The notes beneath the pieces were generated by a model. It did no database searches, was not told the origin of the DNA, and saw nothing but the letters and a program-made list of their open reading frames with translations. Position numbers and translations under genes: made by a program. A stretch of DNA of 62,335 bases, counting the filler. It is 5 parts of 5 records of this genome, joined end to end, with 100 filler letters (N's around TTAATTAATTAA, not from the genome) between each part and the next. Parts side by side here need not be neighbours in the genome. Positions count along the whole stretch, not along the records: positions 14,883 to 32,287 come from SRR20825006_1432; positions 32,388 to 51,159 come from SRR20825006_1447; 3 more parts are not named here. The stretch is one strand, 5' to 3'. This document shows, one piece after another, positions 29,843 through 40,890 of this stretch (positions are counted from its first letter, which is position 1; each line of letters begins with the position of its first letter).

Positions 29843-31522
29843 ATGTCTGATCGGCATCATGCGGTCTGGCCAGAGAATATTCCCAAGCATCTGAGCCTGC
29901 CGCAGACCAGCCTCTATACCAATCTGGAGGTGTCTGCACTGCGTTACCCACAGCGGGACGCGATCAATTATTACGATAGCCCCATCACGTTTTCCCAGTT
30001 GAAGCAGCAGGTGGATGCCCTGGCGGGTTATCTGCAATCACTGGGCGTGGAGAAGGGCGACCGGGTGCTGCTGTTCATGCAGAACGCCCCCCAGTTCACT
30101 ATCAGCTATTACGCCATCCTGCGTGCCAATGCCATTGTGGTGCCGGTGAACCCCATGAACCGGGCGGCAGAGCTGGAGCACTACCTGGAAGATACCGAGG
30201 CATCTGTGGCGATCTGTGGCCAGGAGTTGCTGTCAGCGATTGCGCCGGTGGTGGGCATGGTGAACCTGCGCCATGTGATTGTGGCGGCCTACAACGACTA
30301 CATCGTCCGTGACACGGACCTGCCCCTGCCTGCCGAAGTGGAGACGCCTGCGGTTGCGCTGACCGATCCGGCACACCTGGCCTGGAAGGACGTTATCGCG
30401 GCCGCTAAACAGCCCAGCGAGTTGCTGGTCGGCCCGGATGATCTGGCGGTCTTCCCCTATAGCTCGGGAACCACTGGTGCGCCCAAGGGGTGCATGCATA
30501 CCCATGCGTCGGTAATGGCTACCTGCGTGCAGGGGGCGGTGTGGAGTCATGGCACCACCGAGTCTGTCACCTTGGCTACGTTGCCGTATTTTCATGTGAC
30601 CGGTATGCAGGGTTCCATGAATTCGCCGATTTACTGCGGTTCGTTGGTGGTGTTGATGACGCGCTGGGACCGCCGTGTGGCGGCCAAGCTGATCGAGCGC
30701 TATCAGGTGAGTCGCTGGGTGAACATTGTCACCATGGCCATCGATCTGCTGTCCGACCCGGAAGTGGAAAACTACGACCTGTCGTCGCTGGAAAATATCG
30801 GCGGTGGCGGGGCAGCGATGCCGGCGGCGGTATCCGACAAGCTCTTCAAGCTTACCGGCCTGCGTTATATGGAAGGCTATGGCCTGTCCGAAACCATTGC
30901 CGGCACCCACATCAATCCCACCGACCGGCCCAAGTCCCAGTGCCTGGGTATTCCGGTGTTTGATATCGATTCGCGCATCATTGATGTGGAAAGCGGTAAG
31001 GAGCTGGCGCCCGGTGAAGTGGGCGAGATCGTTACCCATGGTCCGCAAGTGTTCCAGGGTTACTGGAAGCGTCCGCAGGAAACGCAAAAAGCGTTTATCG
31101 AACTGGATGGTAAACGCTTCTTCCGCACCGGTGACCTGGGCTACATCGACGAAGAGGGTTACTTCTTCATCGTCGATCGGGTGAAACGCATGATCAATGC
31201 GTCCGGCTTCAAGGTATGGCCGGCGGAAGTGGAAAGCCTGATGTACCGCCATCCGGCGATCCAGGAAAGCTGCGTGATTTCCACCCCCCACGAGCGCCGC
31301 GGTGAAAGCGTGAAGGCGTGTGTGGTTCTGAGTGCCGACATGAAAGGCACGCTCACCGAGCAGGCCGTCATCGATTGGTGTAAAGAGGAAATGGCGGCCT
31401 ACAAGGTGCCGAATGTGGTGGAGTTTCGCGATGAGCTTCCCCGTTCGCCCACCGGCAAAGTGATGTGGCGAGCCCTGCAGGAACAAGAGTGGGAAAGCCA
31501 GAAAGCACAGCAGGCGTCGTAA
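29843..31522 (+). CDS. long-chain fatty acid--CoA ligase
   Basis: YSSGTTGAPKG, EGYGLSET, RTGDLG, DRVKRMI, TGKV. Confidence 0.93.
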   Translation: MSDRHHAVWPENIPKHLSLPQTSLYTNLEVSALRYPQRDAINYYDSPITFSQLKQQVDALAGYLQSLGVEKGDRVLLFMQNAPQFTISYYAILRANAIVVPVNPMNRAAELEHYLEDTEASVAICGQELLSAIAPVVGMVNLRHVIVAAYNDYIVRDTDLPLPAEVETPAVALTDPAHLAWKDVIAAAKQPSELLVGPDDLAVFPYSSGTTGAPKGCMHTHASVMATCVQGAVWSHGTTESVTLATLPYFHVTGMQGSMNSPIYCGSLVVLMTRWDRRVAAKLIERYQVSRWVNIVTMAIDLLSDPEVENYDLSSLENIGGGGAAMPAAVSDKLFKLTGLRYMEGYGLSETIAGTHINPTDRPKSQCLGIPVFDIDSRIIDVESGKELAPGEVGEIVTHGPQVFQGYWKRPQETQKAFIELDGKRFFRTGDLGYIDEEGYFFIVDRVKRMINASGFKVWPAEVESLMYRHPAIQESCVISTPHERRGESVKACVVLSADMKGTLTEQAVIDWCKEEMAAYKVPNVVEFRDELPRSPTGKVMWRALQEQEWESQKAQQAS

Positions 31523-31715
31523 CGGCGCTTGCCCTAGCGGTCTGTCTAATGGTGGGCAGGCCGAGTCAGCTCCAGCATAAACCAATAAGCGGAAGCGCTA
31601 CTCCGCGGAGCTGAATAACAACGCAAAACGAGAAACCGGTGCCTTACGTGGTCTGTAACCGCGAGGGAATGACGGCATATCGCCGGCGGGTTTCTCCCAA
31701 ACAGGAGGCTTTGCC

Positions 31716-32287
31716 TTGGAACTGTTCTTTCAACAAGTGCTCAATGGCCTGACGCTGGGCAGCATCTACGGGCTGGTGGCCCTGGGGCTGACGCTGGTGT
31801 ACGGCATTCTGCACGTACCGAATTTTGCTCACGGGGCGCTGTATATGGTCGGCGCCTATGTCTCGTATATCACCATGGTCGACTTCGGTGTGAACTACTG
31901 GGTGGCCATGCTGTTGGCTGCAGTAGCGGTGGCGGTGCTGGCGGTACTGTGTGAACGGCTGGTGTTCAATCCGTTGCGCGATGCGCCGCCGATTCACGAC
32001 AAAATTGCGGCTATCGGCATCATGTTGTTTCTCGAAGCGCTGGTGCAGATGCAGTGGGGCGCCGAGTTCCGCCGCATGCCGACCCCCTATACCGAGATTC
32101 TGGATATTGCCGGCATGACCATTCCGGCTCAGCGGGTGCTGATTATTGCCGGTGCATTTTCACTGATGGCAGTGCTGCACCTGTTCCTGAAGAAAACCAT
32201 GACCGGCTCCACCATCGTGGCCATGGCCCAGAACCGTGAGGGCGCCTTTCTGGTCGGTATTGATGCCAACCGGGTGGCGATGATGAC
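31716..32287 (+). CDS. livH: branched-chain amino acid-type ABC permease, 3'-truncated
   Basis: NGLTLGSIYGLVALGLTLVYG..NFAHG; TTG start with RBS AGGAGG. Confidence 0.85.
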
Positions 32288-32387
32288 NNNNNNNNNNNNN
32301 NNNNNNNNNNNNNNNNNNNNNNNNNNNNNNNTTAATTAATTAANNNNNNNNNNNNNNNNNNNNNNNNNNNNNNNNNNNNNNNNNNNN
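32288..32387. other. artificial contig spacer
   Basis: N44-TTAATTAATTAA-N44. Confidence 0.99.
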
Positions 32388-34962
32388 CAACTGCATCATC
32401 ATCTGCTCCATCGAGAACGTAGACCCGATGGGCGTACACACCGGCGACAGCATCACGGTGGCGCCAGCGCTGACGCTCACAGACAAAGAATACCAGATGA
32501 TGCGCAACGCCAGCATTGCCGTGCTGCGCGAGATTGGTGTTGAAACCGGTGGCTCGAACGTACAGTTCGCCGTAAACCCGGAAAATGGCCGCCTGATCGT
32601 AATTGAGATGAACCCACGTGTGAGCCGGTCCTCTGCGCTGGCATCCAAGGCAACCGGCTTCCCGATCGCAAAGGTCGCGGCCAAGCTCGCGGTTGGTTAC
32701 ACGCTTGATGAGCTGGATAACGACATCACCGGCGTCACGCCCGCGTCGTTTGAACCCACCATCGACTATGTGGTCACCAAAGTGCCGCGCTTCACCTTTG
32801 AGAAGTTCGCGGGCAGCGAAGCCGTGCTTTCCACTGCAATGAAATCAGTGGGTGAAGCCATGGCTGTGGGCCGTAACTTTGCGGAAAGCCTGCAAAAGGC
32901 CATGCGCTCCATGGAAACCGGGCTCACTGGCCTCAATGAAGTTGAATTCAAGAATTACCAACCCGGCTCAGGTGACGTGAAAGCGATCCGCCGCGAGCTT
33001 GCTGTGGCGCGGCCTGACCGTATCCTCCGTATCGCGCAGGCCATGCGTGAGGGCATGAGCCTCGAGGATATCAACGCCATCACCCATTATGAACCTTGGT
33101 TCCTGCGCCAGATCAAATCGATTGTGGACGCAGAAGCCGGTGTTACCGCAAACGGCCTGCCGTCTGATACGCGCAAACTGCGCAAGCTCAAGATGATGGG
33201 CTTCTCTGACGCGCGGCTCGCACAGCTTGCTGGCCTGCCGGAAGCGGCGGTCTTCAAAGCGCGGCACGACAGCGGTGTGCGCCCAAGCTTCAAGCGTATT
33301 GATACCTGCGCGGCGGAATTTGATGCCCGCACGCCATATATGTACTCAAGCTATGAAACCTTCGCGGACGGTGAAGGCGCTGAGTGCGAAAGCATGCCAA
33401 CAGACCGCGAGAAAATCATCATTCTTGGCGGCGGGCCAAACCGTATCGGCCAGGGCATCGAGTTTGATTATTGTTGCTGTCATGCGTGTTTCTCCCTCTC
33501 GGATGCAGGTTATGAGACCATCATGATCAACTGCAACCCTGAGACGGTTTCCACCGACTATGACACCTCAGACCGGCTATATTTCGAGCCGCTGACGGCC
33601 GAAGATGTGATTGAGATCATCCGCAAGGAACAGGAAAACGGCACCGTTAAAGGTGTGATCGTGCAGTTTGGTGGGCAAACCCCACTCAAGCTTGCGCACG
33701 CACTTGAAGCCGCAGGTATCCCGATCCTTGGCACAAGCCCTGACGCCATCGACCTCGCGGAAGATCGTGAACGGTTCCAGGATCTGGTTGTACGCCTTGG
33801 CCTCAAGCAGCCTGAAAACGGCCTTGCGCGCAGCCATGAAGAAGCCATCAAGGTTGCCGACCGTGTTGGCTACCCTGTGCTTATTCGCCCAAGTTATGTG
33901 CTGGGTGGCCGCGCAATGGAGATTGTGCATGACCAGGAGGGCCTTGACCGTTACATCAATGAAGCGGTGCAAGTATCTGGCGACAGCCCTGTGCTGATCG
34001 ACGGTTTCCTGCGTGACGCCATCGAGGTAGACGTGGACGCCCTGTCGGACGGTGAAAACATCCATATTGCAGGCATCATGGAACATATCGAGGAAGCTGG
34101 CATCCACTCAGGTGACAGCGCTTGCTCCCTCCCACCATACAGTCTGCCCGTCGGTATCGTGAACGAGGTGAAACGTCAGGCAAAGGCGCTCGCAAAAGCG
34201 CTGAATGTTGTAGGCTTGATGAACGTTCAGTTCGCGGTGAAGGACGGCGACGTTTACCTGATTGAGGTAAACCCGCGCGCCAGCCGCACAGTGCCTTTTG
34301 TGGCCAAGGCCGTTGGTTACCCGGTTGCGGCGATTGCGGCGCAAGTGATGGCCGGTGCCAAGCTGACAGAGTTTGAACTTAAAGACCCGATCACCGAGCA
34401 TGTGGCGGTGAAGGAAGTGGTAATCCCGTGGGCGCGCTTCCCCGGTGTTGACGTGCTTCTCGGGCCAGAGATGAAATCAACCGGTGAGGTCATGGGCATC
34501 GACGCCAACTTCGCCATGGCGTTCTACAAGTCCCAGCTTGCGGCAGGTGTGAAGCTGCCGGAAAAAGGCCAGGTCTTCGTCTCGGTGAAAGACAGCGACA
34601 AATACGCGCTTGTGGCGCTTGTGAAAGACCTGCTGGCCATGGGCTATGAGGTTGTGGCCACGGGCGGCACGGCGGATTATCTGAAAGCCAACGGGCATGA
34701 AGTGAAACGCGTGTTCAAGGTCACAGATGGCCAGCGCCCGCATGTGTTAGATATCATGAAGAACGGTGAAATTCAGCTCATGTTCAACACCACCGAGGGC
34801 AAACAGGCCATCAAGGACAGCTATGCGCTCAGGAACACCGCCCTTCTGATGAAACTGCCATATTTCACCACGATGGCAGCGGCGGCGGCGGCAGTTCAGG
34901 CGCTCAAAGCCCTTCGTGAAAAGAAACTGGACGTAAAACCCCTGCAGGACTTCGCCGCCTAA
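32388..34962 (+). CDS. carB: carbamoyl-phosphate synthase large subunit, 5'-truncated
   Basis: [47 protein letters not shown]. Confidence 0.98.
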
Positions 34963-34984
34963 GGCAAAACTAAGCCCAACATAC

Positions 34985-35013
34985 AAAAGCCCCGGACATT
35001 GCGCCGGGGCTTT
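34985..35013 (+). terminator. intrinsic terminator (AAGCCCCGG family)
   Basis: AAAGCCCCGG-ACATTGCG-CCGGGGCTTT. Confidence 0.8.
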
Positions 35014-35085
35014 ATTATTTCCCACCACAAAAAACACCGCCGCAAGCGCGGCGGTGTTAAAGGCTGGGCCATAGTTTGCCTTTGC

Positions 35086-36162
35086 TTAGAAAACGACACT
35101 CACGTTGGAGATATCGCTGTAGTCGACCTGGGCAAGCCACACGCTGTTACCCCCACCAAGGTCAATCATCACACCAGACACATTCTGCGCGTTTGTGGTT
35201 GTGCTCGAACGTGCAGCCACATCAGTCATGTCGATAAAGTCATACACGGCACCGGAGAGATCGAGCGCGTCTTCGTCTACGTTGAAGCTCCAAACCTCAT
35301 CGTCACCAGAATTTCCGTTGAAGCCGAAGGTATCGGCACCGGCACCACCGTCCATATTGTCGTTACCGGCACCGCCCCACAGCGTATCGTCACCGTCGCG
35401 TGCTTCCATGAAGTCGTCACCAGCACCTCCGAACATCAGGTCGTCGCCTGCCCCGCCGTCCATCTCGTCGGCACCGTCACGGGCAAACAGAGTGTCATCA
35501 CCAGCGCCGCCTTCTACATAATCATCACCAGCGCCGCCGCCCAGCACATCAGACGAGCCACCGCCATAAAGGGAATCGTTGCCCGCACCACCCCACAGTT
35601 TGTTGACAACGCCCACAACAGCCGCAAGCGCGGATTCGAAGTCGTCGGCATATATGATGTCGTCGCCCAGTTTGCCAAACAGTACATCTGAGCCGGCACC
35701 ACCTGCGATAGTGTCATCGCCTGCCAGCCCTTGAATGCGGTCGTTAATCGCGTCGCCAAACAGCTGGTCGTTACCGTTTGCACCCTTCTGGATGGCATCA
35801 AACAGCGGGTTACCCGGCACCAGATCAGTTATCGTGCCCCCGCCCGTACCACCAGTGCCGCCGCCGGAACCGCCGGTGTCACCACCGAGATTTTCGGAAA
35901 GCTCACAAAGGGTGATGTCGCCATACTCGGCAAAATACTCGTCCACCTTCTCTTTGCTGAGGTCGATAACATCAGGGTTGTCCTTGATGATCTCAATACT
36001 TTCCCTCAGCGTATCCTTGGTGGCGTCATCAAGTGGGAAAGTTAAGAGCCTTTCCAGAAGTTCGTCCCAGCTAAACTCGTAGGACCCGATTATCTGATAC
36101 GCTAAATCAAAAATACCCTTAAAATCCGAGATTTTAATATCACACAAACCATCATCTGACAT
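35086..36162 (-). CDS. RTX-type calcium-binding repeat protein
   Basis: Many GGxGxDxxx nonapeptides; no Sec signal; type I secretion-like C-terminus; RBS GGAG before ATG 36162. Confidence 0.85.
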   Translation of the reverse strand: MSDDGLCDIKISDFKGIFDLAYQIIGSYEFSWDELLERLLTFPLDDATKDTLRESIEIIKDNPDVIDLSKEKVDEYFAEYGDITLCELSENLGGDTGGSGGGTGGTGGGTITDLVPGNPLFDAIQKGANGNDQLFGDAINDRIQGLAGDDTIAGGAGSDVLFGKLGDDIIYADDFESALAAVVGVVNKLWGGAGNDSLYGGGSSDVLGGGAGDDYVEGGAGDDTLFARDGADEMDGGAGDDLMFGGAGDDFMEARDGDDTLWGGAGNDNMDGGAGADTFGFNGNSGDDEVWSFNVDEDALDLSGAVYDFIDMTDVAARSSTTTNAQNVSGVMIDLGGGNSVWLAQVDYSDISNVSVVF

Positions 36163-36453
36163 TGGCCTTGCTCCATCCAAAATATTGATTGACGTTTTTA
36201 CCGCCCCCGGTATCGCCGTTCCTAAAGGGTGATTTACGCGAGCGCGCCAACGTCCACATGACCCAAATGGGCTATGCCTAAGAGGCTTCGCGTCGAATCA
36301 GGCTTGAAAAAAATGAAATTCATGGTTAAGTAGGTTTAGGTGCGCCGGCCCTCTTGGGTCGGCGCTCCTGTTTTGTATAAGTGCGGCCATCGGGGCCTTT
36401 GATCGGTTTCCGAGAAATGCCGCGCTCAATAAGAATGAAAATGGACGGGATAC

Positions 36454-36927
36454 ATGAACGAAAAAGTCCCCATGCTTCAGGACGGTTATGACCGTCTGGC
36501 TGCAGAACTCAAGAACCTGAAATCTGTCGAACGCCCCTCTGTGGTAGCTGCCATCGAAGAAGCGCGCGCGCACGGCGATCTGTCCGAGAACGCTGAATAT
36601 CATGCTGCGAAAGAGCGGCAGGGTCATATCGAAGGCCGCATTATGGAACTTGAAGGCAAGCTCTCCCGCGCTCAGGTAATTGACCCCTCGTCTCTTTCCG
36701 GTGACCGTGTTGTTTTTGGTGCGACCGTTACCCTTATCGACGAAGACGACGATGAAGTTGTTTACCAGATTGTCGGCGCTGATGAAGGCGACGTCAAAAA
36801 GGGTAAAATCTCATATCAGTCTCCCATCGCGCGTGCCCTGATCGGCCGAAACGTAGGGGCCGAGGTTGAGGTGAAAACCCCGGGTGGTGAGCGCTATTAT
36901 GAAATCCTCAAGCTCGAGTTCAAATAA
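36454..36927 (+). CDS. greA: transcription elongation factor GreA
   Basis: [31 protein letters not shown]. Confidence 0.98.
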   Translation: MNEKVPMLQDGYDRLAAELKNLKSVERPSVVAAIEEARAHGDLSENAEYHAAKERQGHIEGRIMELEGKLSRAQVIDPSSLSGDRVVFGATVTLIDEDDDEVVYQIVGADEGDVKKGKISYQSPIARALIGRNVGAEVEVKTPGGERYYEILKLEFK

Positions 36928-36955
36928 GCTCTCATATAAGCCCCTCTAAACCATG

Positions 36956-36994
36956 AATAAAAAAGCCCGCTCGCCCTGAGCGGGCTTTTTTATT
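36956..36994 (+). terminator. intrinsic terminator
   Basis: AATAAAAAAGCCCGCTC-GCCCT-GAGCGGGCTTTTTTATT. Confidence 0.9.
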
Positions 36995-37031
36995 AGCCTC
37001 GTCATTATTCGACTTGACCTTTGTCATATCA

Positions 37032-37051
37032 CGTAACATATAAAGTTACAT
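37032..37051. promoter_or_regulatory. inverted-repeat operator at the start of the Rrf2 gene
   Basis: GTAAC-N7-GTTAC immediately before ATG 37050; TTGACC upstream; no RBS visible. Confidence 0.6.
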
Positions 37052-37511
37052 GAAAAGAGACAGCAAACTTTCCGGCATCCTCCACGTTCTTCTGCATATG
37101 GCAGAGCATGACAGACCAACCACATCCGAAATGCTCGCAAAAGCCATGTGTACAAACCCGGTTGTTATCCGGCGCATCATGGCGGGGCTCAAACGCGCAG
37201 GCTACGTCAGCTCAGAGAAAGGGCACGGCGGCGGATGGTCGATCAGCCGCCCGCTTGAAGACATCACACTGCACGACATATACACAGCGCTCAACAGCCC
37301 TGCCCTTCTGGCCATCGGCAACCGCACGGAAAGCCCCGGCTGCCTTGTGGAACAAGCAGTTAACGCCGCCCTTGGCGAAACCTTTGAGGAAGCCGAGGCT
37401 TTGCTGCTCAAACGCTTTGGCGAAGTTACTCTCGCGAGCCTAAGCGCCGACTTCCATGCTCGTTTTAAAAATCACCAAAACCACCACAGCAGCACGGCCC
37501 ACACTTCCTGA
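37050..37511 (+). CDS. Rrf2 family transcriptional regulator
   Basis: TNPVVIRRIMAGL, G.GGGW, ITLHDIY; lacks the three-Cys Fe-S motif. Confidence 0.9.
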   Translation: MKRDSKLSGILHVLLHMAEHDRPTTSEMLAKAMCTNPVVIRRIMAGLKRAGYVSSEKGHGGGWSISRPLEDITLHDIYTALNSPALLAIGNRTESPGCLVEQAVNAALGETFEEAEALLLKRFGEVTLASLSADFHARFKNHQNHHSSTAHTS

Positions 37512-37538
37512 TCATTTCAACACCCCCGGAGCCCAACC

Positions 37539-38222
37539 ATGAGCGAATTACTCACGCCGTTTTCAGACCCTGAAGCCGTTCGGAAATATGTCGAAGGCCC
37601 GCCAAAGTTCGTGCCCGGCCTAGCGGGATTACACCGCATGACTGGTATCCTGCTAGCGGAACACGCACCAAGAGACGCCCATGTGTTGGTGGTGGGCGCG
37701 GGCGGCGGCATGGAAATGAAGGCCTTTGCTGACGCCTATTCTGGCTGGACATTCACCGGTGTTGACCCGGCCCCGCAAATGCTGGCGCTGGCGAGCGATA
37801 TTATGGGCGAGCATGCACCGCGCGCACGCCTGATTGAGGGTTACATTGACGCCGCGCCGCAAGACGAGCCGTTTGACGCGGCCACCTGCATGCTCGTGCT
37901 GCACTTCCTGTCAACTGAAGACCGCCTGCAAACGCTCCGCGAAATTAAGAGCCGCCTCAAACCAGGTGCACCTTTCATCGCCGCACATTCGAGCTTCCCG
38001 CAGGATGAAAGCCGTGTGCGTTGGCTCGGGCGCTACGCTGCCTTTGCGCTCGGTTCCGGCGCAGATACTGAAAAAGTGGAAACCATGCGCTCGGCTATTG
38101 AGACGCACCTCAATCTCCTGAGCCCGGCGGAGGAAGAAGATCTTCTCCGTAGTGCTGGCTTTTCAGGTGTCGAGATATTTTATACCGGCTTCACCTTCCG
38201 GGGCTGGGTAGCTTACGCCTGA
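37539..38222 (+). CDS. class I SAM-dependent methyltransferase
   Basis: VLVVGAGGG, GVDPAPQML, FDAATC, LKPGAP. Confidence 0.9.
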   Translation: MSELLTPFSDPEAVRKYVEGPPKFVPGLAGLHRMTGILLAEHAPRDAHVLVVGAGGGMEMKAFADAYSGWTFTGVDPAPQMLALASDIMGEHAPRARLIEGYIDAAPQDEPFDAATCMLVLHFLSTEDRLQTLREIKSRLKPGAPFIAAHSSFPQDESRVRWLGRYAAFALGSGADTEKVETMRSAIETHLNLLSPAEEEDLLRSAGFSGVEIFYTGFTFRGWVAYA

Positions 38223-38252
38223 GGGCTCTCGGCTACCCTCTCTACCAGCATG

Positions 38253-38279
38253 AAAAAGCCTGCGGGTAAGGCAGGCTTT
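38253..38279. terminator. bidirectional terminator
   Basis: AAAAAGCCTGC-GGGTAAG-GCAGGCTTT between convergent genes. Confidence 0.75.
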
Positions 38280-38313
38280 GATACAGATCTGTTATTTGAC
38301 CACGCTGGTCCGC

Positions 38314-38793
38314 TTATCCCACTTCAGGAAGTGGTACACCCGGCGTGTGTTTGCTGGTGCGGATTGTCAGCGATGTTTTCACGCTGGCCACATTGGGTGA
38401 AGGTGTCAGCTCGCCCGTCAGGAAATGCTGGAAGGCTGCCAGATCACGCGCAACGATCTTGAGAATGAAATCAATCTCACCGTTCAGCATGAAACATTCA
38501 CGCACCATCGGCCAGTTATGGCATTGGTGTTCAAATTTCTGCAGGTCATGTTCGGCCTGACTGTGAAGCCCGACCATGGCGAAGACAGTAAGGCCATAAC
38601 CAAGCGCTTCCTGATCCAGGTCCGCATGATAGCCTTTGATGTACCCTTCTTCCTCAAGCGCGCGTACACGTCTGAGACAAGGCGGTGCAGTTATGCCAAC
38701 ACGTTCCGCAAGTTCCACGTTGGTAATGCGCCCTTCAGCCTGAAGGCACGACAAGATTTTGCGGTCGACGGCATCAAGTTTGACACGCCCCAT
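38314..38793 (-). CDS. Lrp/AsnC family regulator
   Basis: LDAVDRKIL, GRITNVELAERVG..APPCLRRVRALEE; start ATG 38793 with RBS GGAG. Confidence 0.93.
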   Translation of the reverse strand: MGRVKLDAVDRKILSCLQAEGRITNVELAERVGITAPPCLRRVRALEEEGYIKGYHADLDQEALGYGLTVFAMVGLHSQAEHDLQKFEHQCHNWPMVRECFMLNGEIDFILKIVARDLAAFQHFLTGELTPSPNVASVKTSLTIRTSKHTPGVPLPEVG

Positions 38794-39037
38794 CAGAATA
38801 ACTCCTTGAATAAACTCCCCGCCCGAAATGCATACTACAGAAGGGTGTTTCGGAAATAAAGTTCCAAATTCAAACAATTATATTTCTAACTTTAATCATT
38901 GCTGGTATCGCGATTCAAATTGAGTAGTATAAGCCCGCAGGGTGATTCGGGAGCTATCTTCACCCCACTTAAAAATAAAATTCGCGGGTAAAATCCAGGC
39001 GGGACGGCCACCGCATCACCGGCAAGAGTTGTGATGT

Positions 39038-40777
39038 GTGACAGTTGAAGTGGGTGCAAAAGTGGGTAAAGCGTCAGCGTTTGACATGAACGCGCTGGAC
39101 AGTCGTATCAGGGAGTTGGTTGCCTACGCGCGTGAGCGCGACGGCGAAGACCGCACGACTTTATTCCGCAACCTTGTTGACCTTTTCCTCACCGGCAAAG
39201 CCCCGATGCGCGAACCGACACGCGGCCAGCTTCTTGATGTGATTGAAGCCCTGTTGCCGCATGTAGACAGCGAAAGCCGCCGTACTGTCAGCGACCTGCT
39301 TGCCAGCCAGACCACTCCGCCGATGGACCTTGTCTTGCGTATCTGCCGAGATAGGGCCAGCCTGTGCGAAGCTCTTCTTCAAAACGCTCCCTTTGACGAA
39401 GACGATATTATTGATTTAATCCGCGAGACGGGGCGCGAGCACCATCAGGCGCTTGCAACCCGAGGCGATCTTTCCGCCAATGTATGGATTGCGCTTGCCC
39501 GGGCTGCCCCTGCCGCGCCGCCGTTTGACAGCCGCTCAACACTGGCTCTGTGGCGCGATGATCTTGGCGCTCAGGGCGACCACGCAGGCAGCGCAACGGT
39601 CACAGCGCTGCGGCCCGAAAAAACCGCGAGCCTCAGGATACTGCGCACTGATGAAGACCTGATCGCGGAGCGCGTAACTCAGTCAACTGCAGCCTCCAAC
39701 ACCCGCATGGTGGAAGCTGCGAACGACGAACCTGATACACCTGAGCCCAAAGAGGCCGTTGATCCGGCACCTGAAAAGGCCGAAGCAGTTGAGCCTGTAC
39801 CGCAAGCGGCAACCGCGCCTGATGAACATGCTGAAGAAACTCCGTCCCTCAAGGACCCTGGCCCCGGCGGCTGGGCGTGGCGCAGTGACCGGGACGGCCT
39901 GATTACAGGTGTTTCCCCGCAAGGCTGCCAATTGCTAGGCAGCGTGGATGCAGCCCTTGGCATGGGCATGCTGGACCTGCTTGGCCTCAACACCAAACTT
40001 GGGCATCCAGTGAGCCGCGCGTTCCAGCGCCGCAGCACCATTCATGACGCGCCAATACATTTGCCTGACCTCGGCCACAATCACCAGCACTGGACCCTTG
40101 AGGCAGAGCCGGTCTTCAGCCCATGCGGCGGTGTGTTTGAAGGCTATGAGGGTGTGCTGACCCCGGTTAAGCCCGCAGTCGACCATTTGGATGCCCCGGC
40201 GGAGGACGACGAGCCGCTATTTCTGGACGACCCCGCACCACAGCCACGGCGCACACGCGCATCGGCGGCAGAACGGCCCGATGTGATGCAGGCACGCCTG
40301 CTTGAAAAAGCATGGAAGAATGAAACCCGCACCCGCACAGAAGAGCTGGCTGACGAGAAAACCGGCAAGCACGACGAAAAACGCCCTGATGCTGTTACGG
40401 CCGCGCGCGATACTACGCCCGACAATGCGAAAGCACCAGCGGCTAACACTGCCATCACCAGCATGGCTGCCGCGATGGTACGCAACGTGGTTTCCGAAAC
40501 CTTGGGCGCGCCAATGAGTCCAAGTGAGGAAATTGCCCGCTTTGGTCGCGGCGCAGAGCAGGACGAAGCTTTCCCGCAGCCCACTCACACGCCTGAGGCA
40601 CGAGAGGCAAAAACCAAGCTCAAAGGCAATGCGGAAGCCGCAGCCACGATAGAGCTTCTGGAACAAGCGCTTCTGCGCCTCGCGGAAGCCAGCAAAGACA
40701 GCAATATGACCCAGACCCGGTTGCAGGCAGAGATTGCCATGGCCTGCGTGCGCGCGCTCAAGGATCAGATCAGCTAA
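39038..40777 (+). CDS. hypothetical protein with DUF2336-like N-terminus, PAS-like middle and low-complexity linkers
   Basis: Helical N-terminal repeats (ATRGDLS..V..AL); WAWRSDRDGLITGVS...F.GYEG PAS-like segment; no H-box or HATPase motifs. Confidence 0.65.
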   Translation: MTVEVGAKVGKASAFDMNALDSRIRELVAYARERDGEDRTTLFRNLVDLFLTGKAPMREPTRGQLLDVIEALLPHVDSESRRTVSDLLASQTTPPMDLVLRICRDRASLCEALLQNAPFDEDDIIDLIRETGREHHQALATRGDLSANVWIALARAAPAAPPFDSRSTLALWRDDLGAQGDHAGSATVTALRPEKTASLRILRTDEDLIAERVTQSTAASNTRMVEAANDEPDTPEPKEAVDPAPEKAEAVEPVPQAATAPDEHAEETPSLKDPGPGGWAWRSDRDGLITGVSPQGCQLLGSVDAALGMGMLDLLGLNTKLGHPVSRAFQRRSTIHDAPIHLPDLGHNHQHWTLEAEPVFSPCGGVFEGYEGVLTPVKPAVDHLDAPAEDDEPLFLDDPAPQPRRTRASAAERPDVMQARLLEKAWKNETRTRTEELADEKTGKHDEKRPDAVTAARDTTPDNAKAPAANTAITSMAAAMVRNVVSETLGAPMSPSEEIARFGRGAEQDEAFPQPTHTPEAREAKTKLKGNAEAAATIELLEQALLRLAEASKDSNMTQTRLQAEIAMACVRALKDQIS

Positions 40778-40890
40778 GCATCCTGCTGGGCCTCACCAAC
40801 ACTAGCCTCACCACCATCACCTTTCCTTGATTTGGCCATGTTCTGCCACCACCTTATGGTGAAAGAAAACAGCATCAGGATGCCTGTATA

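Noticed and set aside
30233-31585. 450-aa minus-strand ORF
   Set aside because: Antisense shadow of the acyl-CoA ligase
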